The notes: generated by a model from the letters alone, not told the origin. 64,000 nt of DNA from Armatimonadota bacterium (GCA_037440005.1 JBBIUY010000008.1:23615-87614), one strand, 5' to 3'; shown: positions 15,652 through 24,851, counted from the first letter of the stretch. A program made the numbers and translations.

Positions 15652-16773
15652 CTAGGACTGGTAGATGTTGAGCGGGTGCCGCCGGAACGCCGGGCCCAGC
15701 GCCCGGCGCAGTTCGTCGAACATGGCGATGTCGTGCTGGCCCACGAAGGTGACGGCCACCCCCGGCCGCCCCGCCCGCGCCGTGCGGCCCACCCGGTGGA
15801 TGTAAGTCTCCACGTCTTCGGGCATGTCGAAGTTGATCACGTGGGAGACCTCGGGCAGGTCCAGCCCCCGGGCGGCCACGTTGGTGGCCACCAGGACCGG
15901 CGTGCGCCGCGCCGCGAACTCCCGCAGGGCCTGCAGGCGGGCCCCCTGGCGCAGGCCGCCGTGCAGCAGCCCCACCCGGAGGTCGCGCCTCAGCGCCCGG
16001 GCCAGCCGGTCGGCGCGGTGCTGGGTCCGCCGGAACACCAGCGCGGCCTCCACCGGTTCGGTGCGCAGCAGGCGCCGCAGGGCCCGCACCTTGTCCTGCT
16101 CGGCCACCTCCAGGTAGAACTGGTCCACCGTGGGAACGGTGGGCCGCTCGGCCGCGATGCGGATCCAGACGGGCTGGCGCATCTGCGCCTCGGCCACGGC
16201 CCGCACCGCCGGGGGCATGGTGGCCGAGAACAGCGCCGTCTGGCGGGTCCGGGGCGTGTGGCCGAGGATGCGGGTCACGTCGGGCAGGAAACCCATGTCC
16301 AGCATCCGGTCCGCCTCGTCCAGGACGACGGCGCCGACGGCGCCCAGGCGGACGGTGGCGCGCTGCAGGTGATCCAGCAGGCGGCCGGGGGTGGCCACGA
16401 CCAGGTGCGGACCCCGGCGCAGCTCGCGCAGCTGCCCCTCCATGGACGCCCCGCCGAACAGGGCCACGGGCACCAGACCCCGGGGCCGGCCCAGGGCCGC
16501 CAGGTCGTCGGCCACCTGCAGGGCGAGCTCGCGGGTGGGGACCAGGACCAGAGCCTGCGCCTCCCGGCGGGCGGGGTCCAGCCGCTCCACCAGGGGGATC
16601 CCGTACGCGCCGGTCTTGCCGGAGCCGGTCTGGGCCTGACCGACCACGTCGCGGCCCTCCCGCATCAGCGGGATGACCTTCTCCTGGATGGGGGTGGGCT
16701 GGGTCCAGCCCAGCCCGGCGACGGCCTTCGCCGTCTCGGGGAGGACCGTCAGAGTTCCAAACTGTGTCGACAT
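15652..16773 (-). CDS. DEAD-box RNA helicase (minimal core)
   Basis: Q motif PTPIQ, AQTGSGKT, PTRELA, DEAD, SAT, ARGLD, HRVGRTAR; SD AAGGAGG. Confidence 0.95.
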   Translation of the reverse strand: MSTQFGTLTVLPETAKAVAGLGWTQPTPIQEKVIPLMREGRDVVGQAQTGSGKTGAYGIPLVERLDPARREAQALVLVPTRELALQVADDLAALGRPRGLVPVALFGGASMEGQLRELRRGPHLVVATPGRLLDHLQRATVRLGAVGAVVLDEADRMLDMGFLPDVTRILGHTPRTRQTALFSATMPPAVRAVAEAQMRQPVWIRIAAERPTVPTVDQFYLEVAEQDKVRALRRLLRTEPVEAALVFRRTQHRADRLARALRRDLRVGLLHGGLRQGARLQALREFAARRTPVLVATNVAARGLDLPEVSHVINFDMPEDVETYIHRVGRTARAGRPGVAVTFVGQHDIAMFDELRRALGPAFRRHPLNIYQS

Positions 16774-16930
16774 ACAATAAGCCTCCTTCGTCCCCGGCGG
16801 TGCCGGGGCGGGTGTGCCGGCATCTGCGCGTGTCTCGCCGGTCCCACCCTGCGAAGAAGGCCCGTCGACACACACGCGAAGGGCGCCGCCAGCGGCGCCC
16901 CTCGCAGAACGCATCTATGACGACGCCGTC

Positions 16931-16959
16931 AGGATATCACACCCTGCAGCCCCCGTCAA
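16931..16959 (-). promoter_or_regulatory. Sigma70-type promoter of the DEAD-box helicase gene
   Basis: TTGACG-17 bp-TATCCT with extended TG. Confidence 0.7.
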
Positions 16960-16995
16960 ACGGTCGCGGGGCCGGTCCGCCACGCAGGCGGGCCG

Positions 16996-17382
16996 CTACC
17001 AGCGAGGCCGCCGGTCCCGCCGCTCGCGCCGGCGTCCTCCGCCGCCTCCCCGGCGGCCGGACCGCTCGCCTCCTCCACCCCCGCCGGACCACCCGCCCGG
17101 CCGTCCTCCGCCGTAGCCGCGGCCGCCGGGGGGACCCTGGGGCCGCGGCCGGGCTTCGTTGACGATCAGGCTGCGCCCTTTGAACTCCTTGCCGTGCATC
17201 GCCGAGATGGCCTCGGCCATCCGCTCGGCCGGGATCTCCACGAACCCGAACCCCCGCTCGGCGAGCAGGCGCGCGTCGGTCACCGGCCCCCAGGTGGTGA
17301 ACAGGCCGCGCAGCTCCTCTTCGGTGGTGTCGTAGGACAGGTTACCGACAAACAACCGCTTGGTGCTCGTCACATCCGCCAC
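16996..17382 (-). CDS. RRM RNA-binding protein with Gly/Arg-rich tail
   Basis: RNP2 LFVGNL, RNP1 RGFGFVEI, VNEARPR, RGG-like tail. Confidence 0.93.
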   Translation of the reverse strand: MADVTSTKRLFVGNLSYDTTEEELRGLFTTWGPVTDARLLAERGFGFVEIPAERMAEAISAMHGKEFKGRSLIVNEARPRPQGPPGGRGYGGGRPGGWSGGGGGGERSGRRGGGGGRRRERRDRRPRW

Positions 17383-17397
17383 TCCTCTCCTGTGAAA

Positions 17398-18225
17398 TCA
17401 CGCCTCCCGTCGGGGGGGCGTTCCGTTGGACGTCCAGGCGGGGGAGGGGCCGTACGCCTGGCGCGCCCGCCGCGCCCGGGGCAGGGACCGCACCGGGTCC
17501 TGGTAGGCAAACTGCAGCAGCCGCCGGGCCGCCGGCCCGGTGTAGGTCAGCTCGTGGGTGCCGTCCCGCCGCACCCGCACCTGCCCGCCGTTCACGCCGG
17601 CGTGACGGGCCAGGGCGCGGCGCAGGTCGGAGGCAAACTGTTCGGGACCGGTCAGGGAGACGGCGGGCCGGCGTCCTGCGCTCACGCGTCCGCCGCCTTC
17701 CAGGTAGCCGCGGACGAAGTGGTCCAGCAGGCCGGGAGGCACCAGGGCCACCGGCACCGACCCGTCGGTCGGGTCATCGGGGATCCCCCAGTCGGCCAGC
17801 ATGCGGCCCAGGTCCCGGTCGCGGATGTAGGCCTGCAGGCCGTCCCGGCTGCTGCGGCACCACTCGCAGGTGGGGTGACCGGCGCACAGGTCCTCCACCA
17901 GGGTGGCCACGTGGGCGGTGTCCCGGGGATCCACCGTGAGGACCAAGGTGGGCACGGGGCCCTGCTGGAACAGCCGGCCGCAGGCGGCAATGTAGCCCAC
18001 CCAGTACAGCTGCACGGCCCCGCGGCCGCGGCGGGCGTGCTGGCGCAGGTGGAAGGGCGTGGGCAGCCGGTCGTCGGCGCGGCGCCGGAGAATGGCGGCC
18101 ACCGCCGACAGCGGGAGACCGTGCTTGGCGGCGATGGCTGCAGGCGGAAGCCCCGCGGCAAAATCGGCGTGGATCGAGAAGAGCTGGTACGGATCCCGCC
18201 GCGGGAGCCGGCGGGTAGGCGTCAC
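17398..18225 (-). CDS. HTH plus two-motif LAGLIDADG-like protein, predicted catalytically inactive
   Basis: HTH GLPPAAIAAKHGLPLSAVAAILRR; motif 1 YWVGYIAACG, motif 2 HFVRGYLEGGG; extended -10 TGGTATGCT 6 nt before GTG (leaderless). Confidence 0.75.
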   Translation of the reverse strand: MTPTRRLPRRDPYQLFSIHADFAAGLPPAAIAAKHGLPLSAVAAILRRRADDRLPTPFHLRQHARRGRGAVQLYWVGYIAACGRLFQQGPVPTLVLTVDPRDTAHVATLVEDLCAGHPTCEWCRSSRDGLQAYIRDRDLGRMLADWGIPDDPTDGSVPVALVPPGLLDHFVRGYLEGGGRVSAGRRPAVSLTGPEQFASDLRRALARHAGVNGGQVRVRRDGTHELTYTGPAARRLLQFAYQDPVRSLPRARRARQAYGPSPAWTSNGTPPRREA

Positions 18226-18268
18226 GTTCCGAGCATACCACGTTTTCGGGTCCCGCTCCAGCCCGGCG

Positions 18269-19414
18269 TCAGCCGGACGGGCGGGTGAGGGCGGGCCGGC
18301 GGGGGTCGAACAGCGCGATGGGGTGGCGGGTGCGGCCCTCCAGCGCCAGGTCGGCGGCGATCTCCCCCACCACGGGGGCGAACTTGAACCCGTGGCCCGA
18401 AAAGCCGCAGGCCACCACCACCTGCGGGTGGCGGGGGTGCAGGCCCAGGACGAAGTGGCCGTCGGGGGTGTTGGTGTACAGGCAGGTAGCCGCCCGGGCC
18501 AGCTCCCCGGCCGCGTCGGGCAGGTAGCGCTCCAGCAGCGCCCGCATGGCGTCCGCCTCCTCCGGAGCGACCTGCCGGCGGACGGTCTGGGGGGTGCACG
18601 CCTCCCCGCTGTGGTGGTGGGCCACCTTCACCGTGCCGTCCTCCTGGGTCGGAAAGCCGTAGAAGAACGCTCCGGGCCGGTACTCGCAGATGTAGATGGG
18701 GAAGCGCCCGGGGCTGAACAGCTCTGGCCGGCGGGGCCGGAACCAGTACATCACGTTGCGCTCCACCACCAGGGGAAGGTCCAGGTCGTCCAGGACCTGG
18801 AGCGCCCACGGCCCCGGGCACAGGACCAGACGGCCGGCCCGGTAGGTTTCCCGGGAGGTCTCCACGGTCACCCCCTCCGGACCGGCGCGCCAGTGCCGGA
18901 CGGGCTCGTCGTAGCGCAGGTCCGCTCCCGCGGCGGCGGCCTGCTGCAGGTGCGCGCGCACGCACCCTTCGGGGTCCAGCACGCCCGCCCGCGGCTCCGC
19001 CACGGCCACGTATCCGGGAGGGGGACGAAACGCCGGGTACCGGCGGGCGATCCCGTCGCCGTCCAGGACCTCGTGGGCCAGCCCGTGCTGCCGGGCGCTG
19101 GCCAGGGTGCCGGTGACCAGTTCGCCGTCGGGCGGGCCCACCATCAGCCCGCCGGTGATCCGCAGCAGCGGGGTCCCGCAGCGGTCCTGCAGCTCCTCCC
19201 ACAGCCGGTAGCTGCGCTGGACCAGCGGCACGTAGTCGGGGTGCTCGAAGTACGCCTCGCGGATGATGCGCGAGCGGCCGTGAGAGGACCCCCGGTCGTG
19301 GGGCGGCGCGTACTGGTCCACGCCCACCACCCGCGCGCCCCGGCGGGCCAGGTGGAAGGCGGCGGCGCCGCCCATGGCGCCCAGCCCCACGACCACCACG
19401 TCGGCGGTGACCAT
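18269..19414 (-). CDS. solA: Monomeric sarcosine / N-methyltryptophan oxidase
   Basis: VVGLGAMG, GSSHGRSRIIR, CLYTNTPDGHF, GFSGHGFKF. Confidence 0.9.
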   Translation of the reverse strand: MVTADVVVVGLGAMGGAAAFHLARRGARVVGVDQYAPPHDRGSSHGRSRIIREAYFEHPDYVPLVQRSYRLWEELQDRCGTPLLRITGGLMVGPPDGELVTGTLASARQHGLAHEVLDGDGIARRYPAFRPPPGYVAVAEPRAGVLDPEGCVRAHLQQAAAAGADLRYDEPVRHWRAGPEGVTVETSRETYRAGRLVLCPGPWALQVLDDLDLPLVVERNVMYWFRPRRPELFSPGRFPIYICEYRPGAFFYGFPTQEDGTVKVAHHHSGEACTPQTVRRQVAPEEADAMRALLERYLPDAAGELARAATCLYTNTPDGHFVLGLHPRHPQVVVACGFSGHGFKFAPVVGEIAADLALEGRTRHPIALFDPRRPALTRPSG

Positions 19415-19557
19415 CGCCACAGGGGAGTTCGCCCCGGCGGATCGTTTTCCCCGGGAGAGGCTACGGGTGCGGCTTAAGTTGGCCAACACTGACTTTTCTT
19501 TCGATCCGCCCCGTCGGGGTGGCGCGGGCTGCACACGTCCACTATCATAGAACCCAC

Positions 19558-21804
19558 ATGGCGACACCCACTCCCGCTCCGCAACCGGCGGTGCGACGTC
19601 CCCCCTCCGGCCGGCTGCGCGTGCTCCTGCAGGACGTCGGCACGCCCCCGCCGGGTCCGTTCGTCCCGGCGCCGTTCCAGGAGGCGGCGCTGGCGGCGGT
19701 GCGCGTCACCGACGTGCTGGTGTGCGCGCCCACCGGCAGCGGCAAGACCTGGATCGCCGAGCAGGCCATCGGCGAGCTGCTGGCGGCCGGAGGGTCGGCG
19801 TGGTACACCACCCCCCTGAAGGCGCTGTCCAACCAGAAGTTCCACCGGTTCACCGGCCTGTACGGCGCCGAGTCGGTGGGCCTGCTCACCGGCGAGCGGC
19901 GGATCAACGCCAGCGCCCCGGTGATCGTGGCCACCACCGAGATCCTGCGCAACGTCCTGTACGGGGAGCGCCTCAGCCCGGATCTGATCGTCCTGGACGA
20001 GGCCCACTACCTGGCCGACCGGGAGCGGGGCACCGCCTGGGAGGAGATCCTGCTGCTGGCGCCCCCGCGGGCGCGGCTGCTGCTGCTGTCGGCCACCTTC
20101 CCCAACGCCGACACGGTGGCGGGCTGGCTGGCGGAGGTGCGGGGCCGCAGGCCCGAGGTCATCGTCGAGCGCACCCGTCCCGTGCCCCTGCGCTTCGTGC
20201 TCGCCGACGGGCGGGGCCGGCTGCTGGCTCCCGACAGCCTGGGCCACCTCCCCGCCGACGGCGCCGCCCCGGGCTGGCTGGCCGGCCTGCTGCGCGACCT
20301 GGAGCACTACAACCTGCTGCCGGCCATCCTGTTCTACCCGTCGCGCCGCCAGTGCGACGAGGCCGTGCGGGAGCTGGCCGGGATGCGCGCCTTCGGGCCC
20401 GAGCTGCGGGCCGCCGCCCTGGCCCGGTGGGAGCGGGACTACCCGTTCCTGCGCGCCCACCCCTTCCGCGCCGTCCTGATTGACGCCGGGGTCGCCCCCC
20501 ACCACGCGGGCCACACCACGGCCTGGCGGCTGGCGGTCGAGGACCTGCTGGCCCGGGGCCTGGTGCGGGTCGTGTGCGCCACCACCACCCTGGCCGCCGG
20601 TCTGGACGTGCCGGCGCGCACGGTGGTGCTGTCCACCCTGGTGCGCCACAGCCCCCAGGGACCGGTCCAGCTGTCGGCCACCGAGTTCCACCAGATGAGC
20701 GGTCGCGCCGGCCGCCGGGGCAAGGACACCGTGGGGGTGGTGGTCCTGCCGGCCACCTCCCGGGACGAAGCCCGGGAAGCTCTGTCGCTGATCGACGCCG
20801 AGCCCGAGCCGGTCACGTCGTCCTTCACCCCGGGTTACGTGCAGGTGCTCAACCTGCTGCGCCGGTCCTCCCTGGAAGACGCCCTGCGCACCCTCGGCCG
20901 GTCCCTGGCGGCCTACGAGCGGCGGGAAGAGGTCCGGCGGCTGCGGGAGGCCATCGCCGCCATCCCCCCCGACGACCTCGCCGAGCGGCCCTGCGACGAC
21001 CGGCTGGTGACCCGCGGCCGCTACGAGCGCCTGCAGGAGCGCCTCAGCCGCCTGCGCCGGGCGCGCGCCGAGGGGGACGTCGCGCGGGTGGCCGAGGAGC
21101 TGGCGGCGTGGCCGTGCGCCTCCTGCCCGGTGGAGCAGCGCTGCCTGCAGACCCTGGAGGCGCTGCGGGCGCGGGAACTGCGTCGCTCGTCGCTGCGTCA
21201 GGCGCTGCACGCGGTGGAAGGGTCGCTGGCCGACGAATTCCTCCGGCGCGCGGCGGTCTTGCGGCGGCTGGGCTACCTGGACGACGCGCACCGCCTGACC
21301 CCCGACGGCCTGTGGGCCTCCGAGCTGCGCCACCCCCGCGTCCTGATCCTGGCCGAGATCGTCCGGCGCAGCCTGATCGGCGGGTCCACGGCCCTGTGGG
21401 CGGCGGCGGCCGGCGCCCTGGCCACCGAGCGGGCTCCCTACCGGGGCGGGGAGGCCGGCCTGCAGACGCTGGCGCGCCTGGCCCGGGAGCTGGACCTGCT
21501 GGAGCGCCAGCACGCCCTGCCCCCCGACGACCTGGCCAGGCAGTTCGAGCCCGAGTGGGACCCGCGCGCGCGCCGGCGCCTCCCCTCCCCCGCCGACCGC
21601 CGGGCGGACGTGGTGGTGGCCTGGATGCGCGGGGCCGACTGGCTCACCCTGGTGGCCCACAGCCAGGCCGAGGAGGGCGACCTGCAGCGCATCATCCTCC
21701 AGGCGGCCGAGGTGCTGATGCAGGTGGAGGGGCTGCCGTTCCCCGACGTGCGGACCGCCGCCCGGGACGCCCGCCTGCGCCTGCTCCGTCCCCCCGTCGT
21801 CTGA
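19558..21804 (+). CDS. Ski2/HelY-like DExH RNA helicase
   Basis: APTGSGKT, TTPLKALSNQKF, DEAH, LSAT, HHAG, QMSGRAGRRG; DSHCT-like C-terminus; CxxC insert. Confidence 0.92.
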   Translation: MATPTPAPQPAVRRPPSGRLRVLLQDVGTPPPGPFVPAPFQEAALAAVRVTDVLVCAPTGSGKTWIAEQAIGELLAAGGSAWYTTPLKALSNQKFHRFTGLYGAESVGLLTGERRINASAPVIVATTEILRNVLYGERLSPDLIVLDEAHYLADRERGTAWEEILLLAPPRARLLLLSATFPNADTVAGWLAEVRGRRPEVIVERTRPVPLRFVLADGRGRLLAPDSLGHLPADGAAPGWLAGLLRDLEHYNLLPAILFYPSRRQCDEAVRELAGMRAFGPELRAAALARWERDYPFLRAHPFRAVLIDAGVAPHHAGHTTAWRLAVEDLLARGLVRVVCATTTLAAGLDVPARTVVLSTLVRHSPQGPVQLSATEFHQMSGRAGRRGKDTVGVVVLPATSRDEAREALSLIDAEPEPVTSSFTPGYVQVLNLLRRSSLEDALRTLGRSLAAYERREEVRRLREAIAAIPPDDLAERPCDDRLVTRGRYERLQERLSRLRRARAEGDVARVAEELAAWPCASCPVEQRCLQTLEALRARELRRSSLRQALHAVEGSLADEFLRRAAVLRRLGYLDDAHRLTPDGLWASELRHPRVLILAEIVRRSLIGGSTALWAAAAGALATERAPYRGGEAGLQTLARLARELDLLERQHALPPDDLARQFEPEWDPRARRRLPSPADRRADVVVAWMRGADWLTLVAHSQAEEGDLQRIILQAAEVLMQVEGLPFPDVRTAARDARLRLLRPPVV

Positions 21805-21815
21805 AGCCCCCTTAC

Positions 21816-21975
21816 TGACGTTGGAACGTTGAAACGTTGGAGCGTTGGAACGTTGAACCTTTCCCCTTTCCCCTTTTCCTTTTTCCCTTTTCCCTCCCTC
21901 CGTTGGAACGTTGAAGCGTTGGAGCGTGAGATTTTTCCCCTTTTCCCTTTTCCTTTTTCCCCTTTCCCTCCCTCC
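21816..21975. repeat. Composite microrepeat element (CGTTGGAA)n-(TTTTCCC)n x2, left copy
   Basis: Alternating octamer and heptamer tandem blocks. Confidence 0.9.
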
Positions 21976-22032
21976 GCAGGATCCCCCCGCCCCGCAGAGA
22001 AAAGCCTTATCCAGCGCCCGTTCTCCCGTCGG

Positions 22033-22770
22033 ATGACGATGCGTCACTGTCCGGTCTGCGACAGCGAGATGTCGCCGCGGTTCGCCAGCGAGTGCGAGCC
22101 TCCCGTGGCCTGGGCGTGCCTGGAGTGCGGCCTGCTGCAGCTGGAAAGCGGCGGCCGCCCGTTCACGCCCGAGCAGGCCGAGGCCGTGGCCGCCCTGGCC
22201 CCCGCCGTCGCGTCCCGCCGCCCGCGCCCGGCGTCGGCGGCGGCGGCCCAGGCGCGCGAGATCCTGGACACCTTCGGGGCGGACGTCCCCGTGGACGTGG
22301 AGGCCCTGGCGCAGCGGCTGGGCTTTGTCGTGCGGTGGCGCAGCCTGCCGGCCGGTGTGCGCGGCACCGTGGGCGGGGAGGAGGGCCACCGGGTGCTGGT
22401 CCTCAACCGCGACTACCCCTTCCGCACCGAGGCCGAACGCCGGTGGGCGGTGGCCGAGGAGCTGGCCCACGCCGTGCTCGGCCACGGCACCCTGGTGGCC
22501 AGCGAGCAGCCCGGGGCCGCGCCGGTGCTGCAGGAGCCCGCCCGGCGGGCGCGGGAGCGGGAGGCCCGCGCGTTCGCCGCCGAGCTGCTGATGCCGGCCG
22601 CTCGGGTCCGCCAGGCCTTCGCCCGGGAGCAGGCCATCATCCTGCGCGCGCTGGGAAGCGAGGAGCGGGCGCACGCCGTCCGCACCGTCGTCGCCGACCT
22701 GGCGCGGGAGTTCCGGGTTTCCCAGCAGGCGATGCGCCTGCGCCTGGCCGAGCTGGGCCTGCTGGCGTAG
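22033..22770 (+). CDS. Zn-ribbon plus ImmA/IrrE-family metallopeptidase-like protein
   Basis: CPVC...CLEC; PVDVEALAQRLG, RRWAVAEELAH, EREARAFAAELLMP, C-terminal HTH LAREFRVSQQAMRLRL. Confidence 0.85.
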   Translation: MTMRHCPVCDSEMSPRFASECEPPVAWACLECGLLQLESGGRPFTPEQAEAVAALAPAVASRRPRPASAAAAQAREILDTFGADVPVDVEALAQRLGFVVRWRSLPAGVRGTVGGEEGHRVLVLNRDYPFRTEAERRWAVAEELAHAVLGHGTLVASEQPGAAPVLQEPARRAREREARAFAAELLMPAARVRQAFAREQAIILRALGSEERAHAVRTVVADLAREFRVSQQAMRLRLAELGLLA

Positions 22771-22835
22771 GGCGGGGTGCAGACCGGTCCCGGGACGGCC
22801 AGGGACAGCCGGGCCGGCGGCGAACCACAACGCTC

Positions 22836-23948
22836 GTGATCCCGCTGCCTGTGCTGGACCTGCCGCCTGAGCCCGCCGCCGCCGGGTGGGAGCACGGCCG
22901 CCGCGCCCGCGACCTGGTCGCCGCCAACGTGGCCGTGTACTTCGACCGGTTCGCCCGGGAGGCGCATCTGGCTCCCGACCAGGTGCGGGAACGCGCCCGG
23001 GCCTACCTGCCGGTCATCGAGCAGGCCGACCCCGCCTACGCCGCCGCCCTGCGGGCCCTGGCCGAAGCCAGCGGGCTCCCGCTGGAGGACCTGGCGGCGC
23101 TGAACGTCCGCTACGAGCTGCTGTACAGTCAGTACTCCGCCCTCAACCAGGCCCGGCTGCAGCTGTCGTCGGGGTGTACGGCGTTCGCCGTGACCCCCCA
23201 GGCGTCCGCCGACGGGCACCTGTGGCTGGGGCAGAACTGGGACTGGTTTCCCCGGGTGCGCGGGCTGGTGATGCGGTCGGCCGGCCCGGGGGGCCTGCGG
23301 GTGGCGGCGTTCACCGAAGCGGGCATCGTGGGCGGCAAGATCGGTCTCAACTCGGCGGGGCTGGGGCTGGCGATCAACGGACTGCTGTCCACCGACGACG
23401 ACTGGACGCGCCTGGGTACCCCCTTCCACGTGCGGACCTGGAGGATCCTCCGGGCCGCGTCGGTGGCGGACGCCGTGGAGGCGGTCACCCGGGGCGAGCG
23501 CGCCTGCTCCGCCAACTTCCTCATCGGCCAGGCCGACGGGGAGGGACGGGTCGTGGACGTGGAAGCCGCGCCCCGTGCCGTCCGCACCCTGGCGCCGTCC
23601 GGAGGCATCCTGGTGCACGCCAACCACTTCGAGGACCCCCGGGCGCTGGGCGTCGAGCAGCCCCTGGCCGAGGAGCGGGTGTCCACCTATCACCGGGCGG
23701 CGCGGGCCCGGAGGCTGTTGGAGGCGGGCCGGTCCGCGGGCGGACTGTCGGCGGAGGACCTGATGCGGGTGCTGCGCGACCACGACGGCCGCCCCGAGTC
23801 GGTGTGCCGCCACCTCAACCCCGCCCTGCCGGAGGAGGAACGGGTGCAGACGGCGGTGTCGGTGCTGATGGACCTGTCGGCGCGGCGGCTGTTCGTCGCG
23901 GCCGGCCCGCCCTGCCAGGCCGCCTACCAGGAGATCCCTCCGGCCTGA
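22836..23948 (+). CDS. C45-family Ntn-hydrolase (acyl-CoA:6-APA acyltransferase-like)
   Basis: LNVRYE, autocleavage site GCTAF, GQNWDW, GLNSAGL, HANHF. Confidence 0.9.
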   Translation: MIPLPVLDLPPEPAAAGWEHGRRARDLVAANVAVYFDRFAREAHLAPDQVRERARAYLPVIEQADPAYAAALRALAEASGLPLEDLAALNVRYELLYSQYSALNQARLQLSSGCTAFAVTPQASADGHLWLGQNWDWFPRVRGLVMRSAGPGGLRVAAFTEAGIVGGKIGLNSAGLGLAINGLLSTDDDWTRLGTPFHVRTWRILRAASVADAVEAVTRGERACSANFLIGQADGEGRVVDVEAAPRAVRTLAPSGGILVHANHFEDPRALGVEQPLAEERVSTYHRAARARRLLEAGRSAGGLSAEDLMRVLRDHDGRPESVCRHLNPALPEEERVQTAVSVLMDLSARRLFVAAGPPCQAAYQEIPPA

Positions 23949-23949
23949 C

Positions 23950-24701
23950 GTGGAACCGGTGCTGGCCGCCAACGGCGCGTTTGCCCTGGTCCTGCTGGTG
24001 GTGGCGTTCGCGTCGGCCGTCAAGGGCGCTCTGGGATTCGGATTCCCCCTGATCGCCGTGCCGCTGGCCGCCAACCTGATCGGCGCCCGCACCGCGGTGG
24101 TGCTGATCGCCGTCTCGGTGGTCTTCAGCAACTTCCTGATCCTGTTCCGGGGAGGCGGCCGCCGGGAGGACCTGTCCCGGTTTGGCGGGCTGCTGGCCGG
24201 CGTGGTGGCGGGGACGGCGGTGGGCGCCCAGCTCCTGGGCCGGCTGGACCCGAGGGTCCTGTCGGTCCTGGTGGGCGTCACGGCGGTGGTGCTGGGAGGG
24301 ATGGGCCTGCTCGACCGGTCCCCCACGGTCCCCGCCCGCGCCGAACGGGTGGTGGGTCCGGCGGTGGGGCTGGCGGCGGGCGTCATGGGCGGGACCACCG
24401 GCATCTTCGCCCCCTTGATCGCCGCCTACGTCCAGTCGCTGCCCGTGGACAAGCGCGGCTTCGTGTTCTGGCTCACCCTGTCGTTCTTCGTGGGAGGGCT
24501 GACCCAGGTGACCAGCTACTGGCGCCTGGCCTGTACACGCCCACGATCCTGGCCTACGCCGCGGCCACCTTCGTGCCGGTGGTGGTGGGGACCCGGGTGG
24601 GGTTCTGGATCCAGGACCGCCTGCCCGGCCCCCTGTTCCGCCGGCTGGTCCTGGCCCTGGTCCTGCTCAGCGGGGTGAATCTGATTGGGAGGAGCGTCTA
24701 A
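23950..24701 (+). pseudogene. TauE/SafE-family transporter with a single-base frameshift near 24529
   Basis: Hydrophobic TauE-like ORF (KGALGFGFPL, GGTTGIFAP) continues in another frame as LYTPTILAYAAATFVPVVVGTRVGFWIQDRLPGPLFRRLVLALVLLSG to TAA 24699-24701; may be an assembly error. Confidence 0.75.
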
Positions 24702-24848
24702 AAAGGGAAAAGGGAAGAGGGAAAAGGGAAGAGGGGAAAACCCACGCTCCAACGTTCCAACGGTCCAACGCGACAGAAGGGAAAAGGGAAAAAGGAAAAG
24801 GGAAAAGGGAAAAGTCCAACGTTCCAACGGTCCAACGTTCCAACGTCA
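24700..24848. repeat. Composite microrepeat element, right (inverted) copy
   Basis: (GGGAAAA)n-(TTCCAACG)n twice, ending CGTCA; reverse-complement architecture of 21816-21975. Confidence 0.9.
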
Positions 24849-24851
24849 TCG

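Noticed and set aside
19415..19524. Glycine riboswitch or dif site upstream of solA
   Set aside because: Only superficial similarity; the conserved GGAGA/CCGAAG/CTCTCAGG and XerD-arm sequences are absent
21816..21975. CRISPR array interpretation of the repeat blocks (also 24700-24848 and 61775-62141)
   Set aside because: Units are 7-8 nt tandem repeats without unique spacers, and there are no cas genes in the window
21829..22032. N-terminal extensions and ORFs translated through repeats (FPFSFFPFP, KREKGK)
   Set aside because: Artefacts of heptamer repeats lacking stop codons
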